The notes under the pieces are model-generated. The model was not told where the DNA came from, did not search any database, and saw only the letters and a program-made list of their open reading frames with translations. The translations under genes and the position numbers were made by a program. From contig CBDFLQ010000005.1 in NCBI GenBank assembly GCA_965249275.1, positions 416,001 to 480,000 on the forward strand: a stretch of DNA of 64,000 nt, in the 5' to 3' direction. The stretch's first letter is position 1. Every line of letters starts with the position of its first letter. Origin of the DNA: Dehalococcoidia bacterium (GTDB lineage Bacteria > Chloroflexota > Dehalococcoidia > Plut-88900). Shown piece after piece: positions 21,672-32,248 of the stretch.

Positions 21672-22052
21672 CTACGCACGGAACCTGAGAGCCCTAGCTA
21701 CCCGTCTCTGTTGCGCGTCCAACGTGATGAACGTCACTACTTGGGGGTCAGCCGCTATGTGAAGCGCTGTGGCCAGATGCCACAAGTCTGCACCCCGAAC
21801 GTAACCCGCTTCCAATACCTTTGAAATTTCGAGGGTTAGAGGACGGTCAGGCATAACCCATCTGATGCCTGACAGGATCTGGGCATCATATCTTCTTCCC
21901 GTTCTAAGATACGCCGCGCGGACCTCGGCCTCGAGTAGATTAGATGACCGAAGATCGGAGAACTGCTCCATGTGTCGCTCAGAGTCAGCCTGACCAGCTT
22001 CCCCAAATGCGACCGCAACAATAACCGAAGAGTCTACATAGGCAGTAGTCAT
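21672..22052 (-). CDS. vapC: VapC PIN-domain toxin
   Basis: AYVDSS...EAEV...RGADLWHLATAL...FITLD. Confidence 0.82.
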   Translation of the reverse strand: MTTAYVDSSVIVAVAFGEAGQADSERHMEQFSDLRSSNLLEAEVRAAYLRTGRRYDAQILSGIRWVMPDRPLTLEISKVLEAGYVRGADLWHLATALHIAADPQVVTFITLDAQQRRVARALRFRA

Positions 22053-22324
22053 CAGTCCCTTTCAGCTAGGAACCGCTCCAATGCCCCCGGGATGTATTCT
22101 CCGCCCTTGAACGGAACCCTTTTCTGGCGTGGGCCCACCAGTACTCCGCGACGCTCCAGCTCCCGGTCTCTCTCCTCTTGGGTTTGTTTACGCGTCTCTA
22201 GAGGCCGGATTTCGGCCACCGGCTCACCGCGGTACGACACCGTTACCGTCTTTCCTTCCCGCACCTGACGCATGACTTCAGAGAATCGGGCCTTGGCTTC
22301 GTATGTTGTGTATGTGATACCCAT
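22052..22324 (-). CDS. Phd/YefM-family antitoxin
   Basis: TYEAKARFSEVMRQVREGKTVTVSYRGEPVAEIRP; overlaps the toxin start. Confidence 0.85.
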   Translation of the reverse strand: MGITYTTYEAKARFSEVMRQVREGKTVTVSYRGEPVAEIRPLETRKQTQEERDRELERRGVLVGPRQKRVPFKGGEYIPGALERFLAERD

Positions 22325-22352
22325 AGTTGCAATTATAACTGGTCAGACTAGT

Positions 22353-23576
22353 CTATTCAATTACACTTTCGGATTTCTTCCCCCGCAACACCACCCCACC
22401 CCCCTCCAACTCCCCAATCTTCTCCTCCGAATAGCCCATGCTTCTCAGCACATGTTCTGTGTGCTCACCCAGCATCGGGGCCCTCTCCCCCACCCCACCC
22501 GGCCTCCCACTCAACTTCACGGGAGTGTCGATCATCCGCGTTCTCCCGACCCCCGGATAGTCCACCTCAGCCATAAATCCGTTCGCCTCGATCTGCGGGC
22601 TGTCGAAGACATCCTTTGCGCCGAGTACCGGGGCGCATGGGACGTCGTGCTCCTCCAGCACCTGCAGCCACTCACTCATCGGGCGTGTCGAGAACACACC
22701 TGCCAACACCTGGAACAGCACACTGCCGTTTTTTATCCGGCCCAGGGGTGTCGAGAATCGAGGGTCATCCAGAACGTGCGTTATCTCTAATGCTTCGCAG
22801 AGGCCGCGGAACTCCTTGTCACTGATGACCACTATGTTCACCCATTCCCCGTCGGAGCACTCATATGGCAGATAGAGGGGCTGGTTGGCATAGTCCTCCC
22901 CCGACTCCCCACCCGACTCCACCTCCGAGTCGGCTCTCACCAAATCCACCGCCTGCATCGCCATCGACATGTGGAGCAGCGACGTGCTGACTTCCTGTCC
23001 TTCCCCCGTCTTCTCCCTGTGCATCAGCGCCAGCGCTATGCCGTAGCACATCGCCCAGGGCGCTGACATGTCCGCCGCCCAAATGCCCGCATTCCTCGGG
23101 ATGCCCTCGGGCCCCGACCGCCGCATCATCCCCGAAAGCGCCTGGAATATCCGGTCGTAGCCCCGTTTCTCAGCATACGGGCCCCGGTCCCCGTACGCTC
23201 CAACCCTCGCGTACACCAGCTCGTTATTCACGGCCCGCAGGCTTTCGTAGTCGTAGCCCAGGCGTCGGGCGACTGGAGGACGGAAGTTCGCTATCAGGAC
23301 ATCCGACCGTTCGACGAGAGCGTAGACAATCTCCTTACCCTCGGGCTTGGAGATGTCGACGGCTACGCCCTTCTTCCCCCGGCCCACCACCGGCCAGGAC
23401 CGGCTCTCGCCGTTGGGGAGGGGAGGACTGCTGAAGGTGCGTCGGGCCTGGTCGCCCCACGGGGGCTCGACCTTGATGACATCCGCGCCCTGATCGGCCA
23501 GGTACGCCCCGATCAGCGGCGCAGCCCACATGGACGCAATGTCCAGGACTTTTATTCCTTCAAGCACTCCTGGCAT
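22353..23576 (-). CDS. CaiB/BaiF family III CoA-transferase
   Basis: LEGIKVLD, GADVIKVEPPWGD, NFRP, GYD, APMLGEHT. Confidence 0.92.
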   Translation of the reverse strand: MPGVLEGIKVLDIASMWAAPLIGAYLADQGADVIKVEPPWGDQARRTFSSPPLPNGESRSWPVVGRGKKGVAVDISKPEGKEIVYALVERSDVLIANFRPPVARRLGYDYESLRAVNNELVYARVGAYGDRGPYAEKRGYDRIFQALSGMMRRSGPEGIPRNAGIWAADMSAPWAMCYGIALALMHREKTGEGQEVSTSLLHMSMAMQAVDLVRADSEVESGGESGEDYANQPLYLPYECSDGEWVNIVVISDKEFRGLCEALEITHVLDDPRFSTPLGRIKNGSVLFQVLAGVFSTRPMSEWLQVLEEHDVPCAPVLGAKDVFDSPQIEANGFMAEVDYPGVGRTRMIDTPVKLSGRPGGVGERAPMLGEHTEHVLRSMGYSEEKIGELEGGGVVLRGKKSESVIE

Positions 23577-23599
23577 CGTGGTATCCCTAAGCCGAGCCC

Positions 23600-25126
23600 C
23601 TACTCGGCATTGTTATACACATAGAACGGTTTGCCCTGTCCGGGTTCCCAGGCCTCGTAGAAGCGTTTGATGTAGGGCTTCAGCTCCTCGGCGGTGCGCC
23701 GCCGAGAACGGGCCTCTTCCGACAGGGGCCTGGCCAGTTCACCCTTCAGGCTCTGCATCATGCGCTTCTCGTCGACGCTGATGATCCGGCTCCCTTCCAC
23801 CATTACTCGACCGTCTATCATCACCGTGTCCACGTCGGACCCCTTCGCCTTATACACCAGGGCATCGACTATCGGGGATTCCGGGTCCAGGTAGGGCTCG
23901 GTGATGCTGCCCAGCCTTATCGTTATCAGGTCGGCCTTCTTCCTCGGCTCCAGGGCCCCGACATCATCAAACATCGTGGCCCGGGCCCCGCCCAACGTGG
24001 CCATGCTGACTATCCGGTCGGCGGTTAGGGTCGGGGAATTCACTCCGGGGTTCCGGTGCAAACGGTGGGCCAGGCGCATTTCCTGGAGAAAGTCCTCATC
24101 CTCGTTCAGCGATGTGCTGTCCGTGCCGAGTGCCAGGTTGAGGCCCCGTGCCGCCATCTCCGCCACGGGTGCAATGCCAGTCCTCAGTCTCAAGTTCGAG
24201 CTCGGGTTTGTACAGACGTGCACGCCCCGCTCCTTGACCAGATCCAAATCCTCCCCGGTCAACCAGACTGCGTGGGCCAACGACACGTCGGGGCCGAGGA
24301 ATCCCAGGTCGTCCAGGTGCGCCAGTGCCGTCTTACCATAGATCTTGAGCCCGATGAGCTTCTCGTAAACGCTCTCCACCAGGTGGATGTGCAGTCCCGT
24401 CCCCAGTCTCGTAGCGGTCGCTCTCATTCTCTCCAGAAGCGCGTCCGAGCACCAATGAGCGTTCGCCGGAGAGAGCATGACCCGCACGAACTCGTCGTCG
24501 TGGTGTCTGGCGTGGAGGGACTCGGAGAGCGCTATGTAGTCGTCGTCACTGATATGCTCGTCGTCCAGGACCTCCTTGGCCCGCGCCGCGAGGTCGGTGG
24601 GCAAACGGCTCAGAAACACCGACTCGTCCTCGGCGATGATGCGGTATTGGCTCTCCACGTACACCGAGAAGTTGACCCTCATCCCAGCGTCGGCGAAGGC
24701 GGTGAGAGCTTTTTCGCAGTCCTCCGGTGTCTCCGCCGCAGCCCCGGGGCTCAGGTTGAACATAACCGTCGTCACCCCGGATCGAAGCATCTTCATGCAC
24801 GCGTACAGCGTGTCCAAGTACATGTCGACAGATTTGCGGCCCCAAGAGTCGGCCATCCAGTATTCCAGATGGTCGTCCAGGCTGCCCTTCATCAGGGGGC
24901 TGACCCCCTTGCCGTGATGGTGCGCATTGATCAGGCCGGGCATCACCAGGAAATCATCCCCGCCCAATACCGGGGCATCCGGGTGCTTTTGGCTAAGCTC
25001 CTGAAAGGACCCGACCTCCTGGATCACTCCATCCCGTTGATATATCGCACCGCCTTGCAACACACCGGTCTCGTGCCCCGAGGCACGGGTAATGAGATAT
25101 CTTCCGTGGACTATGGATGAAGTCAT
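23600..25126 (-). CDS. Amidohydrolase (deaminase/chlorohydrolase-like)
   Basis: PGLINAHHH, HIHLVE, LAHAVW, NPSSN, LGTD, KKADL. Start re-called at ATG 25126 after GAGGAG. Confidence 0.88.
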   Translation of the reverse strand: MTSSIVHGRYLITRASGHETGVLQGGAIYQRDGVIQEVGSFQELSQKHPDAPVLGGDDFLVMPGLINAHHHGKGVSPLMKGSLDDHLEYWMADSWGRKSVDMYLDTLYACMKMLRSGVTTVMFNLSPGAAAETPEDCEKALTAFADAGMRVNFSVYVESQYRIIAEDESVFLSRLPTDLAARAKEVLDDEHISDDDYIALSESLHARHHDDEFVRVMLSPANAHWCSDALLERMRATATRLGTGLHIHLVESVYEKLIGLKIYGKTALAHLDDLGFLGPDVSLAHAVWLTGEDLDLVKERGVHVCTNPSSNLRLRTGIAPVAEMAARGLNLALGTDSTSLNEDEDFLQEMRLAHRLHRNPGVNSPTLTADRIVSMATLGGARATMFDDVGALEPRKKADLITIRLGSITEPYLDPESPIVDALVYKAKGSDVDTVMIDGRVMVEGSRIISVDEKRMMQSLKGELARPLSEEARSRRRTAEELKPYIKRFYEAWEPGQGKPFYVYNNAE

Positions 25127-25285
25127 GGGCTGTCTCCTCACCGCACTGGCAAGCTGAAAACAGGATAGCATACACCCCGGCCCCTGCCGCCCGGCTTGAC
25201 ACTTCATCCGGCCCGTCCGTACCATTTCCTCGGCAGGCCTTTGGTTTAACCCTTCGGAGGCCCGCTTTGTAAAAGGAGAACCGTC

Positions 25286-26920
25286 TTGGTTATTGCAGCA
25301 GGCCAAAGAAAATTCAACGTCATCCGCAGCTACGTCGACACCAAGGCCCCGGCGTTCCAGGAGAACAGGGCCCACCAGATCGGCCTGTTGGAGCAGCTGA
25401 GGGAACGGCTGGAGATCGTAAGGAAGGGTGGGCCTGAGTCCTCCGTCGCCCGACATAAGGGCCGAGGCAAGATGACCGCCCGCGAGCGCATCGAAAAGCT
25501 TGTCGATCACGACAGTCCCTTCCTCGAGTTCAGTCCCCTTGCCGCCTGGGAGATGTACGACGGCGTTGCCCACTCCGCGGGTATTGTCACGGGCATCGGC
25601 ATGGTCAGCGGACGCGAGTGCATGATCATGGCCAATGACGCCACGGTTAAGGCCGGCGCCTACTACCCCCTCACCGTAAAGAAACACCTCCGCGCGCAGG
25701 AGATCGCCCAGCAAAACCGGCTCCCCTGTATCTACCTGGTCGACTCCGCAGGCGCATTTCTACCCCTCCAGGCCGACGTCTTCCCCGACAAGGAACACTT
25801 TGGCCGGGTCTTCTACAACGAATCGGTAATGTCCTCCCAGGGCATCGCGCAGATTGCCGTGGTCATGGGCTTCTGCACCGCCGGCGGCGCCTACGTTCCC
25901 GCCATCGCCGACGAGTCGATAATAGTGAAGGGCACGGGATCCATATTTATCGGGGGGCCGGCCCTCGTGAAGGCCGCCACCGGCGAAGAGGTTACCGTCG
26001 AGGAGCTGGGCGGGGCCGACGTCCACACCCGGATCTCAGGTGTCTCCGACCACTACGCCGCCAACGACGAAGAGGCCATCGCCATCACGCGGGAAATCGT
26101 ATCCGGCATCCCCGTAAAGAAAGAGCTGCCCTGGGAGCTCACCCCACCCCGCCCACCCGCCTACGATCCCCAAGAGCTGTACGGCCTCCTCCCCAAGGAC
26201 CTCCGAACCTTCATCGACACCCGAGAGATCATCGCACGCCTGGTCGATGGCTCCGAGTTCCAGGAGTTCAAGGCCCTCTACGGCGAATCCCTTGTCTGCG
26301 GTTTCGGCCGAGTCATGGGCTACCCCATAGGCATCGTCGCAAACAACGGCATCCTCTTCTCCGAGTCCTCCCAGAAGGGCGCCCACTTCGTAGAGCTTTG
26401 CTGCCAGCGCAAGGTGCCCCTGCTGTTCATGCAGAACATCACCGGCTTCATGGTAGGCAAGGAGTACGAAAACCGTGGCCTGGCAAAAGACGGGGCGAAG
26501 CTGGTCATGGCCGTCTCCAATGCCCAGGTCCCAAAGTTCACCCTGATTTTCGGGGGGTCTTTTGGGGCGGGGAACTTCGGCATGTGCGGCCGGGCCTACA
26601 ACTCCCGGCAGCTATGGATGTGGCCCAACGCCCGCATCTCCGTGATGGGGGGTCGGGAGGCGGCCAACGTCCTTCTTACCCTTCGCGTCGACAACCTGAA
26701 GGTCAAGGGCGAGTCCATGACCCAGCAGGAGCAGGACAAGTTCAAGGCTCCCATCCTGGAACGCTACGAGGCTGAGGGCAGCCCCTACTACTCCACCGCC
26801 CGCCTCTGGGACGACGGCATCATCGACCCCGTCGACACCCGCATGGTCCTGGCCCTCGGCATCTCCGCCGCTCTCAACGCCCCGGTTCCCGAAACGCGCT
26901 TCGGCGTCTTCAGAATGTGA
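25286..26920 (+). CDS. Methylcrotonyl/acyl-CoA carboxylase, carboxyltransferase (beta) subunit
   Basis: [52 protein letters not shown]; AGGAG RBS before a TTG start. Confidence 0.92.
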   Translation: MVIAAGQRKFNVIRSYVDTKAPAFQENRAHQIGLLEQLRERLEIVRKGGPESSVARHKGRGKMTARERIEKLVDHDSPFLEFSPLAAWEMYDGVAHSAGIVTGIGMVSGRECMIMANDATVKAGAYYPLTVKKHLRAQEIAQQNRLPCIYLVDSAGAFLPLQADVFPDKEHFGRVFYNESVMSSQGIAQIAVVMGFCTAGGAYVPAIADESIIVKGTGSIFIGGPALVKAATGEEVTVEELGGADVHTRISGVSDHYAANDEEAIAITREIVSGIPVKKELPWELTPPRPPAYDPQELYGLLPKDLRTFIDTREIIARLVDGSEFQEFKALYGESLVCGFGRVMGYPIGIVANNGILFSESSQKGAHFVELCCQRKVPLLFMQNITGFMVGKEYENRGLAKDGAKLVMAVSNAQVPKFTLIFGGSFGAGNFGMCGRAYNSRQLWMWPNARISVMGGREAANVLLTLRVDNLKVKGESMTQQEQDKFKAPILERYEAEGSPYYSTARLWDDGIIDPVDTRMVLALGISAALNAPVPETRFGVFRM

Positions 26921-26942
26921 CCCCAACCCGAAAGTAACTCTC

Positions 26943-28961
26943 ATGTTTGACAAAGTTCTCATAGCCAACCGGGGCGAGATCGCCGTTCGGGTGATGCGCA
27001 CCTGCCGAGACATGGGCATCTCCACCGTCGCCGTCTACTCCGACGCCGACAAGGACGCCCTGCACGTCCGCTTCGCCGACGAGGCCGTGCGCATCGGCCC
27101 GGGACCCGCCACCGACAGCTACCTGAATATAGATGCCGTGGTATCCGCTGCCCTCAGCGTCGGGGCGCAGGCAGTTCACCCCGGCTACGGCTTCCTCTCC
27201 GAAAACGCCAGTTTCGCCGAGGCCTGTGCCGCCGCCGGTATAGTGTTCATCGGCCCGTCCCCTCACATCCTGCGCCTCCTGGGAGACAAGTCGGAGGCGA
27301 AGAAGCGTGCCCAGCAGGCCGGTGTGCCCGTGGTGCCAGGCTTCTACGTGGAGGGGCTCGAGCCCGAAGCCATAGAGCAAAAGGCCGGGGAGATCGGTTA
27401 TCCCGTCCTCATTAAGGCCGCTTTCGGGGGTGGGGGGCGGGGAATGCGCACCGTATCGGAGGCCGGCGAGCTTACGGAGGCCATGGAAGGCGCACGACGG
27501 GAGGCCATGTCTTCTTTCGGGAACGACACCGTAATCCTCGAAAAGCACATCGTTCGGCCTCGGCACATTGAGGTTCAGATCATCGGCGATTCCCACGGCA
27601 ACCTGCTGAGCCTCGGAGAGCGTGAGTGCTCCGTCCAACGCCGCTTCCAGAAGGTTATCGAAGAGACACCCTCGGTGGCCGTCACCCCAGAGATTCGAGA
27701 GGGCCTCGAAAGCTCCGCCCTCGCCCTGGCTTCCGCCGTAAACTACACCAACGCCGGTACAGTCGAGTTCCTCCTTGATGCCGACGGCAATTTCTACTTC
27801 CTTGAGGTAAACCCCCGGCTCCAGGTCGAGCACCCGGTCACCGAGTGGGTAACCGGCCTGGACCTCGTTCGGTTGCAGCTGCTCGCCGCCGCGGGAGAGC
27901 ATTTGCCTATCGACAAATCGGCTGTCCAATCCCGTGGTCACGCCATCGAGGCCCGGGTCTACGCAGAAGATCCCGGAGCGGGCTACCTGCCCGGCGCGGG
28001 CCCCTTGCTCCGCTTTTCGCCGCCCTCTCTGCCCTGGGTACGCCACGACGTCGGTGTGTACCAGGGTTTTGAGGTACCCGTTTTCTACGACTCCCTTCTC
28101 GCCAAGATCGCCGTATACGGAGAGGACCGGGGCCAAGCCATACGCCGCCTCCGCGAGACCCTCGACGCCTATGTCGTGTCCGGCGTCCCGACCAACCTGC
28201 AAATGCTCCGTGTCATCGCCCAGGACCCTGACTTCAATGCGGGGGCCATAGACACCGAGTACGTCGGGCGGCAGATCGAACCCGTCCTTATCCCTTCAGA
28301 TGAGCTTCCCGTCCAAGCCCTCGCTTCCGCCATAGCCCACGAGCTTGTTTCCTCAGGGTTGGCAGGTTATGAGTCGGGGGAAGAGGTACCGGAGGCCGGT
28401 GACGTCTGGAGAAGGCCCGGGCCCTGGCGGATGGGTCGGCTCGACATGTCCTATGCTTTCACCCATGCGGGAAGCGGTGTCTCTGCGACGGTCACCAATA
28501 AGCCCGGCTCAACGGCCTGGGCCGTTCACACTCTCGACCACGACTTCGAGCTAGTCCTATCCCCCACTCCCAGGGGCGGCACCCAAGCCACTATCGAAGA
28601 GGAAACTTGGGCCGTAGAAGTCACGCCCACAGATGGCGGCTTCCTGGTGCACTACGCCAACTCCGACTATCTGCTGAGCAGGTCAAGCCAAGTCTACACG
28701 GGACAGGCCGGGGGTCTGGCCGCGGGTCCCGGGTCCGAGACCGGGATAAAAGCGCCGCTTCCCGGCGTCGTTGCCAAGGTCCGGGTGCAGGAAGGTGATG
28801 AGGTCACGGCGCGCCAGACTCTCATTGTTCTGGAGGCCATGAAGATGGAGCATTTGATCACCGCCCCCTACGACGGCGTCGTAGCGAAAATCTCCTGCGA
28901 GGCCGGCATGCAGGTGACCAAGGGCGCTGTGCTTCTGGAGATGGAACCTGCCGGCTCCTAG
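26943..28961 (+). CDS. Methylcrotonyl/acyl-CoA carboxylase, biotin carboxylase + BCCP (alpha) subunit
   Basis: LIANRGEIA, HPGYGFLSEN, GGGGRGMR, RECSVQRR, RLQVEHPVTE, EAMKME. Confidence 0.93.
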   Translation: MFDKVLIANRGEIAVRVMRTCRDMGISTVAVYSDADKDALHVRFADEAVRIGPGPATDSYLNIDAVVSAALSVGAQAVHPGYGFLSENASFAEACAAAGIVFIGPSPHILRLLGDKSEAKKRAQQAGVPVVPGFYVEGLEPEAIEQKAGEIGYPVLIKAAFGGGGRGMRTVSEAGELTEAMEGARREAMSSFGNDTVILEKHIVRPRHIEVQIIGDSHGNLLSLGERECSVQRRFQKVIEETPSVAVTPEIREGLESSALALASAVNYTNAGTVEFLLDADGNFYFLEVNPRLQVEHPVTEWVTGLDLVRLQLLAAAGEHLPIDKSAVQSRGHAIEARVYAEDPGAGYLPGAGPLLRFSPPSLPWVRHDVGVYQGFEVPVFYDSLLAKIAVYGEDRGQAIRRLRETLDAYVVSGVPTNLQMLRVIAQDPDFNAGAIDTEYVGRQIEPVLIPSDELPVQALASAIAHELVSSGLAGYESGEEVPEAGDVWRRPGPWRMGRLDMSYAFTHAGSGVSATVTNKPGSTAWAVHTLDHDFELVLSPTPRGGTQATIEEETWAVEVTPTDGGFLVHYANSDYLLSRSSQVYTGQAGGLAAGPGSETGIKAPLPGVVAKVRVQEGDEVTARQTLIVLEAMKMEHLITAPYDGVVAKISCEAGMQVTKGAVLLEMEPAGS

Positions 28962-29770
28962 TGGGTCATGAATCCGCCGCCGTCCATGTTTATGGACTGT
29001 CCGTGAATCCAGGATGAGGCTTTCGTGCACAGGTAGGCCACGAACTCTCCGACTTCTTCGTCGGATCCGTTCCTGCGTATCGGCGTCTCCATCGCCATCC
29101 TGTCCAGCCAGTCCCCGACCTTCAGGTGGTCCAGCCGTGAGGTGTCCACCCAGCCGGGACAGACGCAGTTGACGTTGACATTGTATTGTCCCAGCTCCCG
29201 GGCCAACGTCTGAGTCATCCCCACTTGCGCGAAGTTGGCGGCGCAGTACGCCAGCGTGTCTTCACCCCCCGACTTCCCCGCCACCGATGCCACGTTGACG
29301 ATCTTGCCACCCTGCCCCTGGGCAATCAGCACTTTAGCTACGGCCTTGGTGCAGAGATAGGTGCCTCGGATCTTGATATCGACTACCTTCTGGAAGATAT
29401 CGTCATGCAGCTCGATGGTCGGGACACGGTCCGGGCCGCGGGCGAAGGCAGCATTGTTAATCAGGATGTCGACGCGGCCCAACTCCTTGACGGTTTTCTC
29501 GACCATTTCCGCCACATCGTCGGCATTGGCCACGTCCACGACCAGCGGGAGGGCCCGACGCCCCAGGGCGCGTACCTGCTCCGCCGTGCTCTCGATATCC
29601 TTCCACCCGACGGCCTTCTCGGCTTCGGGATAGCGGGAGGGGTCTCGGCCCGTGCCTGTAGGCACCACGTCGGCGCCCAACTCTGCCAGGGCCACCGCGG
29701 CCGCTCTGCCTATACCCCGCAACCTGCCCGCGCCGGTAACTATCGCTACTTTGCCATCAAGCTCACCCAC
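28958..29770 (-). CDS. Short-chain dehydrogenase/reductase
   Basis: TGAGRLRGIG, NNAA, YCAAN (YxxxK with K replaced by N), CPGWVDT, DGG. Confidence 0.9.
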   Translation of the reverse strand: MGELDGKVAIVTGAGRLRGIGRAAAVALAELGADVVPTGTGRDPSRYPEAEKAVGWKDIESTAEQVRALGRRALPLVVDVANADDVAEMVEKTVKELGRVDILINNAAFARGPDRVPTIELHDDIFQKVVDIKIRGTYLCTKAVAKVLIAQGQGGKIVNVASVAGKSGGEDTLAYCAANFAQVGMTQTLARELGQYNVNVNCVCPGWVDTSRLDHLKVGDWLDRMAMETPIRRNGSDEEVGEFVAYLCTKASSWIHGQSINMDGGGFMTH

Positions 29771-29809
29771 GGTCGGCTCCTTCCGTTACCTGCCTGTGCC
29801 AATCCCCGT

Positions 29810-30931
29810 CTAGATCTCCAACCCGTACATCCGCACACAATTGTCCCACAATATCCGGCGCTTGGTCTCCTCAGAAAAGCCAGTCCCGAGAAACGCTTCC
29901 ACGGCCTTGGGATACTTGGAATCCTTGTGTGGATAGTCGGTTGAGAATACCACGTTCCCCTCCAGCCCCGACCCTTCGATGAAGCGGGCCGGCTCTTCGT
30001 CGGCCTCCACCGAGACCCAGCACTGCCGCAGGAAGTACTCCGTCGGTTCCAGCGTGAGTTCCGGGGACTCGTGCCTGCCGACAAGCTCGTAGTGTTCATC
30101 CAGCCGCCACAGCATCCACGGAGTCCATGAGCAGTTGCCCTCAAGGAACCCGACTCGCAGTTTAGGGAACCGTGCCAAAACCCCGCCCCCCACCATGCTC
30201 ACGAGGGCCAGCATCATCTCCATCGGGTGAGTGCATGTGTGGTGCATCAGCCAACTGTCTTCGAGGAATTGATCGCCTGTCTGTGGGACACTGGCATCCG
30301 ACCCTTCATGGAAGCCTAAGGGGACGTTCAGGTCTTCGATCTCGGCCCAAAGGGGATCGTAGCAGGTGTCGTACCAGTTGCGCCCGTTGACCACGTTCGG
30401 CCGCATGAACACGGCCTTGAAGCCCATCTCCATGACCGAGCGCCGAGCTTCTTCAACTGCACTTCCCACGTCGAAGGGAGAGACCATCCCCGCCCCGAGC
30501 ATCCGGGCGCGGTCCGCAGCGCAGAAGTCGAATAGCCAATCGTTGTAGGCCACGGCAATGGCCGATGCCAGCGCCGGGTCCATCCCGTCAACGGCCAGGG
30601 CGTAGAGCCCGCGGCTTGGATAGAGGATGGCCAAATCCAGGCCCTCGCTGTCCATTGCTCTTCGCTGGGAAGGGCCGTCCCAGCCATTGGCAAGACCGTC
30701 GGCGTAGCTGGCGAGCCAGTTTGGGTCGTCCGCCAACTCTATCTCCCACTGGGCCTCGGCGGCCATCTCTCGACCCTCGACCCGCATCACGAGGTCACCG
30801 CGGTGGCGAGGGACTGACTTGGGAGATCGGTCGGAGTACGCGGGGTCGATGTAGCGCTCCCAAAGGTCGGTCGGCTCCATGACGTGCATATCGGAGTCGA
30901 TTATGCGGAAGCCGTTCTTAGACATGCCCAC
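29810..30931 (-). CDS. Amidohydrolase_2 family protein
   Basis: IIDSDMHVME, AYNDW, FHEG, FLEG, FSTDYPH. Confidence 0.9.
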   Translation of the reverse strand: MGMSKNGFRIIDSDMHVMEPTDLWERYIDPAYSDRSPKSVPRHRGDLVMRVEGREMAAEAQWEIELADDPNWLASYADGLANGWDGPSQRRAMDSEGLDLAILYPSRGLYALAVDGMDPALASAIAVAYNDWLFDFCAADRARMLGAGMVSPFDVGSAVEEARRSVMEMGFKAVFMRPNVVNGRNWYDTCYDPLWAEIEDLNVPLGFHEGSDASVPQTGDQFLEDSWLMHHTCTHPMEMMLALVSMVGGGVLARFPKLRVGFLEGNCSWTPWMLWRLDEHYELVGRHESPELTLEPTEYFLRQCWVSVEADEEPARFIEGSGLEGNVVFSTDYPHKDSKYPKAVEAFLGTGFSEETKRRILWDNCVRMYGLEI

Positions 30932-30999
30932 CCCCTCCAGCGTTTCCCCGCCATTCTACTACATCCCTAGTTTCAACCTACCGTGTTAAGCTAGGCGCC

Positions 31000-32229
31000 A
31001 TGTTTTCGCCAAGGGGTCAACATTACGGCTGGACCCTACTGGGCATGTTCGCCTTTAACTACTCCATGGTCGTCATCGCCATCGAGACTATAGGCTTCCT
31101 GCTTCCGCAGATGTCCGACGAACTCGACCTCTCCCTAACCGAGCAGGGCTGGCTCAGTGCCTCCGTCATGTTCAGTAACCTCATCTTCGAGGTGCCCTCC
31201 AACTGGTTCTTCTCCCGTTTCCGCCCCTGGCGCTCCTCCGTCGTGTCCTTCGCCGCCGCCGCCATCTTTGTCGGCTTCAACGGGATAGCCCCGACCCTTG
31301 CCATTCTCTTCATAGCCCGGGTGAGCCTGGGAATGACCTACCTGAGCACCCAGGCATCCCGCACCATACTCGTCATCCACTGGATTCCGAGCCGCCAATT
31401 TGGTATGGCCAACGGCGTCCTATTCAGCATCCTGGAAACGGTCATCGGCGTCGGATTCATCGTGGTTCCCGCCATACTCTGGCTGGTCGGGGATTGGCGA
31501 GAAACTCTCTACATCTGGGCAATAGTCTGTGGTGTCGGCGCAGCCCTATGGTTCTTATGGGGCCGGGACCGGCCCAGCGCCGAGCTGCCTCAGCCCACAG
31601 GCGGGGAAGCCGGCACCCCCCTGACCGTCATATTCCGCTACAAGGAGCCTTGGATACTCGGGGCGGGGGTGGCGGGCATTACCGGGGCTCGGTCCGCCTA
31701 CGCCACTTTCTGGCCTACCTACCTGGACGATACATACGGGACGGCCCTTGTCACCGTAGGCCTCATCCTGGGTATCGCCAGCATGATCAAGGGCCCCATG
31801 ATCCTGGGAGTGACCCTCTCCTCAACCATCGCCGCCCGCACTCCTTACCTTCTCGTGGCATGCGGCCTGGCAATGTCCGCCAGCTCTTTCGGCATGCTGT
31901 TCAGCGGGACGGTGCCCCTCCAGTTTCTCTCGGGCATTATCAACGGAATGGCGATGTGCTTCATCCCCGCGATGCTTACCGTGATCTACCGGCTCCCCGG
32001 CATCAAGGAGCGGGAAGTGGCGGTAGCGGTGGCCGTCTACTTCAGCTGCCTGTGGGCGGGTTCGGCTCTAGGCCCGTTGATCACCGGTACTGTCGGAGAC
32101 ATATTCAACGATCTCGGCACGGGGCTGCTCGTCGCCGCCTTCGGCCCTTTGACCCTCTCCACCTCGGGCGTCATCCTGGCTTTAATCGGGCGGCGTCCGG
32201 AAGCCGAGCCCCCACCCATGCTTCCGTGA
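31000..32229 (+). CDS. MFS transporter
   Basis: ~12 hydrophobic segments, 409 aa. Confidence 0.85.
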   Translation: MFSPRGQHYGWTLLGMFAFNYSMVVIAIETIGFLLPQMSDELDLSLTEQGWLSASVMFSNLIFEVPSNWFFSRFRPWRSSVVSFAAAAIFVGFNGIAPTLAILFIARVSLGMTYLSTQASRTILVIHWIPSRQFGMANGVLFSILETVIGVGFIVVPAILWLVGDWRETLYIWAIVCGVGAALWFLWGRDRPSAELPQPTGGEAGTPLTVIFRYKEPWILGAGVAGITGARSAYATFWPTYLDDTYGTALVTVGLILGIASMIKGPMILGVTLSSTIAARTPYLLVACGLAMSASSFGMLFSGTVPLQFLSGIINGMAMCFIPAMLTVIYRLPGIKEREVAVAVAVYFSCLWAGSALGPLITGTVGDIFNDLGTGLLVAAFGPLTLSTSGVILALIGRRPEAEPPPMLP

Positions 32230-32248
32230 GTGCATCAAGGTTTTACCC

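Noticed and set aside
25127-25714. 704-aa amidohydrolase with a long N-terminal extension
   Set aside because: The extension is largely antisense to the carboxyltransferase gene; an RBS-supported start lies at 25126.
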